The notes: generated from the letters alone by a model not told the origin. A DNA stretch of 63,902 nucleotides, filler included, from Octopus bimaculoides (GCF_001194135.2; 6 parts of 6 records of this genome joined end to end with filler, not necessarily neighbours in it), one strand, 5' to 3'. Shown: positions 12,901 to 23,420, counted from the first letter of the whole stretch. Numbers and translations: made by a program.

Positions 12901-15082
12901 CAGTACCGCACAGGACTGCATCAGTCACCCAGTCCTGAAACATATGATATCACAAAAATCGACTAACCTCATTTACATTCATTTTGAAGGCAATAAGGAG
13001 TAACTAATATAAGGGAGAAAACTTAATCCCTTCTATCATTCATTTCATAATGCTATCATTATGATTGCAATTTCGACAGAAAATTTGCCATAGAATATTG
13101 GAAGTTATTAAAAACTAATTTTTTCATTAAAAAAAAATTATTTTCAATACAGATAGGCGTAAAGACACATCCAAGCACTTCTTTAATCACTGCCTACTAC
13201 TCAGTTGATATCACTATCACAAGTTATCTTATTTTCTAAAAGAATTAAACCCCTAAGTTTTATCTCTACAATAGTGAGTATAACCTGCAGTCTTTCTGAA
13301 AACCAGAGCTAAGTACTCTGGGTTCAATAAAAACACACATGCAGATAAATATGGTGATTGGCGTACTTTAGGGAATCTCTTGTTACCTCAACTAATAAAA
13401 AGAAACTTATGAACCTATATATTAAAAGACGAAACCCATTTCCCCATCATTTTGTCTATAAAACCTCAGTCAAACAAAATTTGGTTTGAATTGATTCTAG
13501 TGATATGAATGGGCTTGAAACTGAAACAGTGCAGGCTTTCCCTCAAGAACTGGTATTCTAACGAACCATGTATTATTTTGCACAAATACTCTAAGAACTC
13601 TTTATTATAAAGCCTCATATATATGACGTGGATCAGTTTTTGACACAAGATTGGACACAAACTTTGTCAACATTTCATAGGCTTTCCTTCTTTTATTATT
13701 AGTAAAAGGTGTTATACAGTATATTGACCCACGAGATTAATTACTTTTGGTTATTCAAATCGACATGCTTCATATGGTAAATGGAGATGAAGCACTTCAG
13801 GTTCTCAAGTTAATGTAATTAGCTACTAATTTTATATATGTCGATATTTGAACAATGAACAGTGGACATTCATGAAAATTATGAAAATGAAATACCTGTT
13901 TACAGGCTTCTCTGATTCCTGTGTACCTTTAAGACCACCACTGCTTCCACGACCCCAACCAGCAGGATTTCCTCCACCAGGACCCAATTGAACATTTTCA
14001 TTTTTTTTCTAAAAAAAGAAAAATAATAATTTACTATTATAATAATTTCGAATTTAGTCAGGAAGTCGGCAGTTTGAAGGTGGGATACATCAATTCACTT
14101 GATCAGTTATTACTTGACTAGTTCTTTACTGACCTCAGAAAAGCAAAGTTGACCAGAACAATATTTGAACTTATAAAATAAACAGAATTGATTCTATTGC
14201 TGCTAATAAATAGATGAAACTATAAGTAGCAATAAAGATCAATCTACTTTTATTGGCCCCATAATATTCCATTTTAGAAGATACAACTTGTAAATAAGTC
14301 TGATTTCAGGAATCCTATCATTTTACCAGGCAATCAATTATTTGCATTGCTGATGTATTTCATCAAGAAAAATGAAACTAATGCAAAATTTAACTTCATA
14401 CACAGGAATTAATATTCTAATGGGCCTATATAACATCTTCATTTCAGTACCCATGCTTGTATGGGTAGCATGGAATCTGTTTACAAGATTTAAAATACTT
14501 GTTTCTCTGAAGCCATATTATTGCCTGACATAAGAATTTCAAATCATTGTCTTTTGAAGTACTCCAAATCACAGTTGATATAAAGGAGCTTTAGCAATTA
14601 TAGATTCTCCCATATTAAAAGCAATAATACTGAAGCAAACACAGAGTTGTTACGATTACAATATTTGATATTGACCAATAAATTTAGAGTAAATGGTACT
14701 TCATTGAGATAACACAAGCAATGCAAAATGAACGTAACAATATGAGTTTTATAAGCAAACAAAAAATTCATTGTCAACCAATTTTTTTAGAATTAATAAC
14801 ACTAAACTTTAAGAACACTGCTATTCTTAATTACATTTTTCATAGTAAACTGTTGAATGTGATGAACTTTTTCAGTATTTGATTTAGATGTATAATTTAA
14901 TCCTGCAATTTCAAAAATATATCGTACTTTATAAATTATCAAATAGCAAATTCGCTACAATTCTGTGATACTTACCCATGGCAGTCGTAATTTATTTATG
15001 TCAAGTTTTGACGATCTCACTGGAGTCCAACCCTCCTCTACTCCACCTGCACCACCCATTGACGGAACCCGTCCTTGTGATG
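751..15082 (-). CDS. eIF4G: eIF4G-family translation initiation factor, C-terminal half (linker + MA3/HEAT-2 + W2/HEAT-3); 11 exons traced, 1553 nt, ~517 aa, 5' end unresolved
   Basis: Exons (minus): 14976-15082, 13896-14008, 11500-11688, 11152-11281, 10679-10842, 6800-7004, 5899-5994, 5637-5774, 2827-2908, 1965-2102, 751-941. All flanks are GT/AG, phases are compatible and there are no internal stops. Motifs EEGWTPV, WGRGSSGG, NRFYAL, ILEIAEDMQIDIPKIWQYLGEL, AWIE, IRAIMTAVC, ALYALQ..LEHPP, EGRGVALK match eIF4G1/3-type proteins rather than DAP5. Confidence 0.95.
1965..2102 (-). CDS. eIF4G: eIF4G exon (W2): GPNFMPQEQKLRGYSSLLKKYLKNKDDEVHALYALQLLDSKLEHPP
   Basis: ttttgtag|GT acceptor, A|GTAGGT donor, phase 1-1; LLQKYL...ALYALQ...LEQPP-like motif. 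Confidence 0.93.
2827..2908 (-). CDS. eIF4G: eIF4G exon: AYVSEQQKKDPLVIRAIMTAVCSSCLSG
   Basis: tttattttag|GCT acceptor region, G|GTTTGT donor, 82 nt phase 0-1; RALMTAVC-like motif. Confidence 0.92.
3350..3500 (-). mobile_element. Fragment of tRNA-head SINE family D (same family as 52250-52624)
   Basis: gcaagtggctgagcactccacggacatg...tgacaaggttggtcccttt matches the internal part of the 52 kb copy. Confidence 0.7.
4301..4585 (+). mobile_element. SINE family B (core gtgtcttctactatagcc...ggatttggtagacggaaactgaaagaagcc), 5'-truncated
   Basis: Same modules recur at 11960, 47255, 51258, 57245, 57690. Confidence 0.8.
5637..5774 (-). CDS. eIF4G: eIF4G exon: KLEYTLGGSVSKPVPGSLTIANIQSMLTELISKSELSENEITAWIE
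   Basis: ttccag|AAA acceptor, GAG|GTAAT donor, 138 nt phase 0-0; KVEYTLG...WIE-like motif. Confidence 0.92.
5899..5994 (-). CDS. eIF4G: eIF4G exon: GQDKAAELWQSSKLQWSDFLDEKDIDSFIKEK
   Basis: gctttttag|GGG acceptor, AAG|GTAATT donor, 96 nt; LW...L.W..FL motif at the end of MA3. Confidence 0.93.
6800..7004 (-). CDS. eIF4G: eIF4G exon (MA3 core): LMEILEIAEDMQIDIPKIWQYLGELISPVIQAGGMPLSFLKMACEPLKKSNLGGILPSEILKDLCKTM
   Basis: ttacag|C acceptor, ATG|GTAAGT donor, phase 2-0; best-conserved MA3 signature (AEDM.IDIP..W.YLGEL). Confidence 0.96.
7857..9075 (-). mobile_element. Decayed mariner transposon interrupted by a SINE at ~7912-8203
   Basis: Minus-strand KKAMLSVWWD..IIYELPQNQTINSD matches the mariner WWD motif; terminal ggttgtccagaaagttctg at ~7859; frameshifts and stops. 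Confidence 0.8.
7912..8203 (+). mobile_element. Young SINE with RTE-type 3' tail (ggaagggcatccagctgtagaaa...ggacgttaaacgatgatgat), nested in mariner
   Basis: Keeps many CpGs inside a CpG-poor intron; (GAT)n tail; same tail at 46500-46660, 47815-47975, 51580-51705, 52005-52120. Confidence 0.8.
9100..10083 (+). mobile_element. Decayed mariner transposase relic (second family)
   Basis: By-eye translation gives GVIKY..K.GL.PKDIHA.MV, YYANL...K.IKT...KL.K..LFHQ, YSP.L.P.DY.FPNMKK; right TIR gaactttcagccaacccttgta. Confidence 0.8.
10205..10473. mobile_element. hAT (Charlie-type) MITE, 269 bp
   Basis: TIRs cagtggttcccaaa / tttgggaaccattg; flanking 8-mers acgcatac / acatatac (6/8). Confidence 0.8.
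10679..10842 (-). CDS. eIF4G: eIF4G exon (MA3): EAKLSIQELSDQQKFVVDAFNLILERSEASRKQSGKLFSVLLKEKIIEGKRFTQG
   Basis: ttccttag|GAG acceptor, GG|GTAGGT donor, phase 0-2; EA...QEL...LERS...R...G.L motif. Confidence 0.93.
11152..11281 (-). CDS. eIF4G: eIF4G exon (MA3 start): RNIHNRGSRTLSQVPSRESSQSREKSLKKTVEILNEFFSSDNLE
   Basis: cattacag|G acceptor, GAA|GTAAGT donor, phase 2-0; corresponds to the KK...I..E first helix of MA3. Confidence 0.88.
11500..11688 (-). CDS. eIF4G: eIF4G exon (Ser/Arg-rich linker): RFYALSRNDDDSRTTIYPRRGASPGRSEIGRSLTSSSSASSSGSRNKISSLPSEEGDKDSGLAR
   Basis: ctttcag|G acceptor, AG|GTGAGT donor, phase 2-2; completes the NR|F.AL motif. Confidence 0.9.
11960..12200 (+). mobile_element. 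Degenerate SINE family B
   Basis: ggcaagtgtcttctac...ggatttggtagacagaaactgaaag...ggtgctccagca modules. Confidence 0.7.
13896..14008 (-). CDS. eIF4G: eIF4G exon: KKNENVQLGPGGGNPAGWGRGSSGGLKGTQESEKPVNR
   Basis: tttttttag|AAA acceptor, AG|GTATTT donor, phase 0-2; WG(K/R)GSSGG motif of the eIF4G linker. Confidence 0.92.
14976..15082 (-). CDS. eIF4G: eIF4G exon: (x)SQGRVPSMGGAGGVEEGWTPVRSSKLDINKLRLPW
   Basis: ttttgtag|CA acceptor, TGG|GTAAGT donor, phase 1-0; (D/E)GW.TV...ID..KL motif that normally follows MIF4G. Confidence 0.88.
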
Positions 15083-15337
15083 CTACAAAAATCAAGTTTT
15101 ATGCAAACAATAAACACTAAAATAAAATATACGAAAGTAGTTGTAGACATAACTGTTGTAAGCTTTACTAATATATGAACCAATTGATCATCTATAAAAT
15201 ATCTAAGTATTTTCTGATCAATCAAAATTAAGCTATATTAGTGCTAGAAATTATAATTCCCAAACTAGTAAAATAATATACAGTAGTACCTCAGTTCTGA
15301 TCACGAATAAACAAATATACATACAAGTATATAAATA

Positions 15338-15437
15338 NNNNNNNNNNNNNNNNNNNNNNNNNNNNNNNNNNNNNNNNNNNNTTAATTAATTAANNNNNNN
15401 NNNNNNNNNNNNNNNNNNNNNNNNNNNNNNNNNNNNN
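15338..15437. other. Artificial assembly spacer (44 N + TTAATTAATTAA + 44 N); same spacer at 30838-30937, 33866-33965, 61163-61262, 62798-62897
   Basis: Five identical 100-nt blocks; the 12-mer gives stops in all six frames. Gap size is unknown. Confidence 0.95.
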
Positions 15438-15453
15438 AATAAAACGTACACAC

Positions 15454-15534
15454 ATATATAGTTGGTCTCCATCTTTTTCATCTTCTTTTTCTTGATTTCT
15501 AATATAATTTCTTTGCTTGCCACAAAAGTGTTGG
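15454..15534 (-). CDS. Candidate upstream exon of the eIF4G gene with in-frame ATGs (15481, 15472): ...KEIILEIKKKKMKKMETNYI(S)
   Basis: Acceptor ttctcttcag| at 15535; 81 nt, open, ends in phase 1 (needed to join 15082) if the weak donor GTGTGT at 15453 is used. No recognisable eIF4G homology; lies across an assembly spacer from the gene. Confidence 0.3.
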
Positions 15535-15867
15535 CTGAAGAGAATAATTTATTTCTTATATAATTTGAAGTCCGTACATTTCAGTGGAGAGTTAAGTTTG
15601 ATTAAATTGAGGCCAACCAGCACCAGACCATTACTTCATTTATCAAGCAATAAAGAATACAAGACATTATTAAACTAGGCGATTTTTTTAAAATTCAGAA
15701 CAAAAGGAAAAGTAATAAGTAAATACCGTAATTCATTTTGACCGACGCGTAAGCGATTCTGTCAAACACCAACTTTAATTAACTCAGCTAACATGAAAAC
15801 AAAATCAAGAGTCATTGGCAAGAAGTGGGATGGGGTTCATCAAGTAAAAAGGTGAGATTAGTAATGG

Positions 15868-16040
15868 TTTCAAATTTTGGCACAAGGCCAGTAATTTCGG
15901 GGGTGGGGCTAAGAGCTAAACTGGTACTTAATTTATTGACCCCGAAAGGATGAAAGGCATAGTCGACCCCGACGACATTTGAACCCAAAACGTAAAGGTG
16001 GACGAAATACCACTAAGTATTTCGCCCGACGGACTAACGA
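15868..16040 (-). mobile_element. SINE family A (tRNA head; core gcctttcatcctttcggggtcgataaa.taagtaccag)
   Basis: Reverse complement of the intact copy at 19113-19330; CpGs retained. Confidence 0.8.
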
Positions 16041-16545
16041 TTCTGCCAGGTTACCGCCTGAAGTGAAATCGATAATAGCAATAAAGAGACATTAACAAAT
16101 AGATAACAACAAGCAAAGGTAACAGTATGAAACAACAAAATGACAAAAAGAAAAATATTCAAATGAGGAACAGTCATATAGGTGACACCGAGTACCCCCA
16201 CACACACAACCTCGGGTTATGTCAAAACAACAAAAGTAAATACCTTCTACTAGGTCTTAATGATAGACTACAACTTAGGACCTTTTAACTATGTACATCA
16301 TCTGTGTATTTGAGCGTTTTATTATATTTTTAGTGTTAGGTCAATTAAATATTTATGAAGTGGAGTAAAGTTTAAGAGTACTCTTGATGATTATATCAAT
16401 CTAAGAAACAAACAGTGGTCCTCCTTTCTTCGATGCATTCACTGCTATGATAAAGAATTACATAACTATTTGATTTGTGTCATTCTGTCTTGCTAATAAT
16501 TCTGGCGTGCCTCGATATGCCTCGATCCTTTATGGATTCCCTTTA

Positions 16546-16588
<43 letters not shown>

Positions 16589-17199
16589 TCACGAGCACAC
16601 ACATGTATGTTTGTCTCTGTACGGTATGTATATTGATAGAAGTATGAATATACACCTATGTTGGTGATTTTATGTGTATAACAGGTCGGACACCAGTTTT
16701 TTTATGTGGTTATTTGTTATCACAACAGGTCGTTGAAGTGTGAGATATACTATATCTTTATTTACAATGTTTTCATTCGTAAGTTATAACAAATATTATT
16801 GTATATTAATTAAAAGCTATAATGATAATCTCGTTACTTATAACTTAATTATAAGTATTTATCACTAAGCATAAATCTTAGTTTAGGCTGCGTAAATGTT
16901 ATGATGTATCATAACAAGACGCTGAACGTGCGTTCAATTACGTGCATGTATGTTGAAGATATAGATTATATTTTTTTGACCGTTACACATAAAAAAATAC
17001 AGTTTCATTAATATACAGAAATAAATTCAACAAGTTGAAAGAAGCGAGAAGTAAAAGGAATTAAGTTTCTATATTAATTTATTATATACATTTTTTACAT
17101 TTATAGATATTTAGAAACAAATCAGTTCGTCGTAGAAAATTTACGACTTAAATTTATTATTAACTAGTTTCTCATTCTAACTAATAAGGTTTCACGACA

Positions 17200-17600
17200 A
17201 TTCAATATTGTCGGATTTGAGTATTGAACATGGCATATATATTAGCCTATACTCAAAAGGGTGAGTGTCGTGGACTTGAGTGGTAACCAACGAACACTGG
17301 AAATTTTACCGAAAATCAGGGTTTTTATAACTACTCATATGCGAATCATAGAACCGTAACCCCGAGAAAGATTTCTTCAACGAAGTTCATAATTCGTATA
17401 TAGGCAGTAATTTTTAATCAACGAGAAATCAATAATTTCTCATGTTCGGGCAAACGAACTTACGTTCTCTCTCCGCCTCTTATGAGTTTGCTACAGTGAG
17501 ATTGTGTATGCTTTATATTTTTAAGTTTTTTAGTACGTTAATGCTTATAGGCATCTTCCCCTTAGCTAGGTTTGTTGATTTCAGTAAAGTTTATTGAGAC
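17200..17600 (-). promoter_or_regulatory. CpG-rich non-repetitive zone with a consensus donor (AAC|GTAAGT, exon end 17464); candidate promoter/5' UTR exon
   Basis: More than 20 CG dinucleotides by eye in 16921-17520 versus none seen in 5041-6000; consensus donor on the gene's strand. Confidence 0.25.
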
Positions 17601-18117
17601 ACACTGCACTTGAAGGCCTTTAACTCTATTTGAAAATAACTGTTCTTCAAAACTATCCCTTGGTTTGATTTTTATATCTCCAGCTGTCTGTTCCCAATTG
17701 AATTTATGTATATTATATTTTATTTCATTGTTTATACGTATTTTTAAACACTCTCAATTTTTAAAATCAAACTACTTTCCTTTCTGTTCTATCCCTCACT
17801 TGTCCCTTGTTTGCACTACGGATGGTCAAGTTCCTAAACTTAGATCCAGCATAATAAATGTATTTATTATTTACGTTTATTCTTTAATGACAACACACAT
17901 CTAATTTTATCAATTATCAGTTTTCCATACCTTGTATATTTTAAGAATGATTTTGTATGTATACGCAGAGTTGAAGCATTGGTGTAACCATGATGTACTG
18001 ATGATCTAAAGAGCTAGCCTTATATATCTGCATTGGTTTGTAATATACAATAGTACTGTACTGTATTGTACTGTAGCATGCTTACTGGTGCAGACATGTA
18101 AAATAATTTATTATATA

Positions 18118-18336
18118 CAGTAAACCCTCGGTTCCCAATCCCCTGCGATAGGTGAAAATCCGCGAAGTTGAAACAGTACTGTACTGTATATGTTTTGAAA
18201 TTATCTTTATAATTTGTATATATTTATTTTATTATAAATGCAAAACAACGCCAAGGAGGAATCGACATAAACTTAAATAATAAACCGCGATGGGTGAACC
18301 ACGATAGGTGAACCGCGATATCGCAAGGGATTACTG
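18118..18336. mobile_element. Tc1/mariner (pogo/Tigger-like) MITE
   Basis: TIRs cagtaaaccctcg / caagggattactg, TA on both flanks, internal repeats of ccgcga..ggtgaa. Confidence 0.8.
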
Positions 18337-18948
18337 TACTGAAATTATAATTACATGATGAAAGCTGCGAAATGACCGTAACCCTATGCATATTATGTGG
18401 TTAAATAAAGATATTCACCTTTCATACCTCCTAAATTTTTATGGTCTATACACCCCTCATGAAATAATTTCATAGATTGGATCTCTTGAATTTCAGCTGC
18501 ATAGAACTCTACATTATATTCTTCCGTATTGGATTACTTCATGGTATGGTAACCAGGTCAACTAGAGGAGCTTTTCTGTGATTCTCACAAGATTCCATGA
18601 ATCCATATATTGCACAACAAATTTATGCATGCATACGTGTATGTATGCATGCATGCATGTATGTATGTATGTAAATGTATATATGTAATGTATGTATGTA
18701 TATCATAAGGCGAGCATGATGATTATAGTGATTATAATGAGGATGATGATGGGAAAATCAAGATAGTGATGATGACAGTGATGGCACTAGTTGAGGCAAT
18801 GATAATGATGATGATAATCATCGTCATCTTCATCATTATCATCATTATCATCATTATCATCAACATTATGACATTTTCCCTGTACCACAGGACCCAATTT
18901 CATTTTCAGATTCAATGTAGAGACTTTTGTCTCAGTTGCTGCTTTGTG

Positions 18949-18952
<4 letters not shown>

Positions 18953-19030
<78 letters not shown>
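18953..19030. repeat. (TG)n microsatellite
   Basis: Direct reading. Confidence 0.95.
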
Positions 19031-19036
<6 letters not shown>

Positions 19037-19112
19037 CGTCTGTGTGTGCCCATGTGTGTGTGTATTGTGTGCGTGTATACGACTGTCTTTGTAGATGTAT
19101 ATAGTGTGTTTT

Positions 19113-19330
19113 AAGGCGGCGAGCTGGCAGAAACGTTAGCACGCCGAGAGAAATGTTTAACGGTATTTCGTCTCTTTTTACGTTCTGAGTTCAAATTCCA
19201 CCGAGGTCGACTTTGCCATTCATCCTTTCGGGGTCGATAAATTAAGTACCAGTTGCATACTGGAGTCGATCTAATCGACTGACCCCCTCCCCCAAAATTT
19301 CGGGCCTAGTACCTAGAGTAGAAAAGTATA
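19113..19330 (+). mobile_element. Full-length tRNA-derived SINE family A
   Basis: A-box-like tggcagaaacgttag, B-box-like gagttcaaattcc, conserved central core; many copies in the window. Confidence 0.85.
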
Positions 19331-19339
19331 TATTGTATT

Positions 19340-19830
19340 GTAAGTTGCGATGATGATGACGACGATGAGGTGGAGGAGGAGATGTGGTCGAGGAGACGTA
19401 GTGAATGATGAGGAGGTGTAGTGGAGGGGCAAGTAATGGAGTAGGAAGTATGGTGAGGAGGAGGTGTGTTGGAGGAAGAGAGTGGAGTAGGAGGAGGGTG
19501 TAAAAGGAGGAGTTAAGAGGAAGAGGAGATATGATGGAGGAGAGGGAAGTGTAGTGGTGCAGGTGAAGGAAGAAGTGTAGTAAAGGTGTGGTAATGGAGG
19601 TGTAGTGGTAGAGTCTGTTGGAGGAGCTGTGGTGGAGGAGGAGGAAGTGTGTATGAAGGTATGGCGGCAGAGAAGGAGGAGGAGGTGTTGTAGAGGAAGA
19701 AAAGAATTGAAAGAGGGGGAAGGTGTGGAGGAGAGGAGGAGGTGGTGTAGTTGAAGAGGTGTGAGGGAGGTGTAGAGATGAGGTGTGGATATATGGGGAG
19801 AGAAAGAAGAGGAAGTGGAAGGATAAAAAT
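19340..19830 (+). repeat. Purine/G-rich low-complexity tract (ggag/gtgtag/gagg motifs)
   Basis: Plus strand almost free of C over ~490 nt; explains ORFs 19242-19888. Confidence 0.85.
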
Positions 19831-20640
19831 ATGTGACAATAATGAACGGAGAGATGTCGACACATTGTTTGAAAATCCATAAGATCAAAATGGAATGTGT
19901 TTAAGTTTGCTCTAAGACAAGAATCTTCAAAGCCAATTTAACACAACAGCAAAGATAAACTGAGAAGATGATCTACTAGTTTATCATTTAACAGTAACAC
20001 TAAACACGAAGTTTCGACTTATCATGATGATTAACTTACAATTGCTATTTTGTTTATTCCTATTATTATAGAATAGCGATCGCTATGCAATAATCCATAT
20101 AAGATCGTGGATTTGAAGATTTTAGGGGAACATTTTAGAGGAAGCCATGATGTAGCAGCCTAAGTATAGTGAAACAAAGAGGCGATCTGAGCTTTTCTTT
20201 TGAAGTATAATGCTCTCCAAGATAATCTGTACAATATTAGCAGAAACTTTGTACATAATACAAAAGACATGTAATCAACTTAATGCAAATTACTCAACCA
20301 CATCGTATAATCTGATGCAATATCGCTGTCTATAATATTTTCTAGGTGAGCCATATCAGATGCTGACGTCGCGTTAGCAAGCAAATATCCATTGCGTTCC
20401 ATCCAACGCAATCCAAACAACTCATCGAAACCTGAAGTGCCAAACAAATTACGAAGACGACAGGATATTACAACCACGATGCTAGAGAAATGTCCACAGT
20501 CGGTAAAAGAGCAACCAACTCACAATTAAATAATTCCTAATTGATTTTTAAAAAGCAGAATTTGAACTCAGAACGCAAACAAACAGAAGAAATCCTGCAA
20601 GGCATTTTTCGATGCTCTAAAGATTCTACCAACCAATCGT

Positions 20641-20688
20641 TATAGTAGTAGAAGGAGTGGTGGTAGTGGTGGTGGCGGCGTCGGCGAG

Positions 20689-20742
<54 letters not shown>

Positions 20743-20887
20743 TCTTGTATTAGAGAAAGATATATAAAAAAAATAGGGTACATTTTTATAAAACATGTAT
20801 ATCTATATTGAAGATTAACAAACATTTTGAGAGAGTCCGCAAACAATATTTACAGACATTTTACAGCTGAATTACTACTACTACTAT

Positions 20888-20950
<63 letters not shown>
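20641..20950. repeat. (GTA)n and (CTA)n microsatellites in inverted orientation
   Basis: (gta)n ~20689-20741 and (tac)n ~20874-20950. Confidence 0.9.
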
Positions 20951-22245
20951 GTGTTCTCTAAAATACAAGCTAATAGGTTAGGGAATAGGAAAGCATTAGT
21001 AGAATTCCCACCAAGTAAAGATGCTATTTAGCAACCAACAACTGTACATTTGATACACAAGCGTAAAGAACTTTAGATTTATAATTTTAAAAACTTTAAT
21101 CTCTATAACAGGATAATCAAAACTTTGCAAATTCACAAATTTGTGACGCCAGCCTGAGCTTCTTTGAAATAGCAAAGACTAAGAAACTACTTTAACAAAA
21201 GTTCTTAACTCTGAAGCAATATTTTGGAGACTGCAATCACTTTCAAATACCCACTGGAATGTTTCAGCCTGATACAAGTTTGATCCGTCGTCTGTATTAT
21301 GAGGTACACTTGTATTTGAGGCGGTTAATAAAGCGAACCAGTTTAAAGAATTACATAGTCAAAGTGATCATCAGTCTCTTCCACAATATTTCTTCCATGG
21401 ATAATCCATCTTTGTATTCAGCGAAATGGCCATTAGCATTACGGTGCAGTTTACTGAGAACATTTAAAAAATAAACTGCCATTTGAGCTGTTGAAAATGT
21501 ACAAATATGACAACTCAGCGAAGTCTGGTTGAGTTTGATGGACTGTTTTCCACAAACTGAATAACTCTATATAAGCACTTTGGTGAATGAAAACAAAATT
21601 GTGAGTGTGAAAACTGTGGAATAAAACATGGAAAATGAGTCTCATATATTAAAAGAAATTCACTGCTACTGCTTTTGCAATAATACATCAACTGCAGAAG
21701 TCTGCGCTGTATAAGCACTTAGGTGTGAATGAAAGCGAAATTGTGTGTGAAAACTATGAAAATAAATATCAAGAATGTCTCGAATTCTATTAAAATAAAT
21801 TTTCGAATTACCTACTAAAAACGTCATTGCTACCGTTACTATATTTGTAGTAAATAGCATGACCGCAGAAAATGGTTTTATAATATTAAACTAGAATGTG
21901 ACAGAACTGAATGCAATAAATTGCGATATACATAACCGATTAAACTAACATAACGAAATGGATCTCCGTCGGCTTCGACAATGAGGATTCAATTGATCGG
22001 TCAACTGAATTATCAGTTCAATTCCACAGACGTGTATATCTTTAACATAATCCTCAGGCAGAATCAGCGTGACACCACCCCGTATGTGATAAGGCTGTAC
22101 CTTAGAATTATAGGTACAAACCATCCGACGAGCTTTCGCACGATTTTCTCAAGATTTGTATTGACCCAAGATGCTACACTGTAGGATCAAACCTGGATCC
22201 TCATAACTGCGAACCGAACGTCTTAACCATTCGGCCATGCTGCAA

Positions 22246-22295
<50 letters not shown>

Positions 22296-23281
22296 GCATA
22301 CGCGCGCGTATGCACACATTCACACACACACACACACACACACACAACGTAACAAAAACTACTACTGAGTTATCACAGAACAGTTTTAAACTGCGATTAT
22401 CAATGTTGCACATATAATCTTTTAAAATTTACAACAGAAATGTTATATGTACCATTATGGAAAATGGCAGTAAAAGAAAATCAACAAATTAATCTTGAGT
22501 GCAACATTGATGTCCTCGCGAGGATGTGGGTTATATTTTCAACATATAAAATATACAACTAATACAATTGTTAATATGAAAATAAGCATGACATATTTGA
22601 TGACTGATAATCAATAACACCGTTTCATAAATACTACAAAGATAAATATTCAAAAAGAAAATAATTCCTCTCTACATGAAAAGATTGGGTAAACTGAGGG
22701 AAAAGAACAAAATACATTTGTCTTATAGGCAAAATGTTACCTTTGTCGGTCAACTTCCTGAAAGAATACACTACATTCTACAAGGGCGCCTAAAGTTAGT
22801 CCCCATTCTATAAAATATAGTTGGTGGGAGCCTGAAAATGTAGTAAAGCTTTTTTGCATGCACCTAGTTACCTTTTTTTATTTTACCAAAAGCAAAGTTT
22901 TCTGTTTCATATATGAAACTATATTTGTCTTTAACAATGGTATTACAAAGGACTTTTGTAACTTTAGCAGGATCGCTAGCTTACACAGACGAACACTGGT
23001 AGAGTTTAGATAAGGCCATAGAAAGCGTGAGCAATAAGCTAAGTGTTATAGCTTGATCGAAATGAATGAAACTCATGAAATGTTTACTGTATTGTGTTTG
23101 CAATTGGTACAACTGGAATAAAAGTATTATCTGTGAAATTGTATACTACAAAAGAATAGGTACTCGCAAATGCTAGAAAATGACGACTGTAATTTGAAAA
23201 TGTTGCTGCTTACATGCTTTCTATGAGGTACCGTTTTTGGTTGAACTGTTAAGAAAGGACAATTTAGATGCATCCTTCAAA

Positions 23282-23420
23282 ATGATGATGATGATGATGA
23301 TGATGACGATGATGATGATGACGATGATGATGATGACGATGATGATGATGACGATGATGATGATGACGATGATGATGATGGTGGTGGTGGTGGTGGTGGT
23401 GATGGTGATGATGATGACAT
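23282..23420. repeat. (GAT/GAC/GGT)n triplet repeat
   Basis: Direct reading; source of the poly-M and poly-H ORFs. Confidence 0.95.

Noticed and set aside
14300-14370. Possible intronic C/D snoRNA (TTGATGA...CTGA), since vertebrate EIF4G genes host snoRNAs; also 56668-56772
   Set aside because: Too short or lacking a terminal stem, and no rRNA-complementary guide recognised.
15382-15393. Recurrent TTAATTAATTAA motif (five copies) resembling a regulatory or repeat-spacer system
   Set aside because: Always centred in an identical 44N-12-44N block; it is an assembly spacer with six-frame stops, not biology.
16845-16890. Minus-strand KLRFMLSD resembling the MIF4G RFMLQD motif
   Set aside because: A stop follows three codons later, there is no splice context, and a chance match is likely in AT-rich DNA.
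19242-19888. Three overlapping Pro/Ser/His/Leu-rich ORFs up to 212 aa
   Set aside because: By-product of a pyrimidine-rich strand that lacks stop codons.
22150-22245. tRNA-like A/B boxes (also 19113 and 52560-52624)
   Set aside because: No complete cloverleaf; they continue into SINE bodies, so they are SINE heads rather than tRNA genes.
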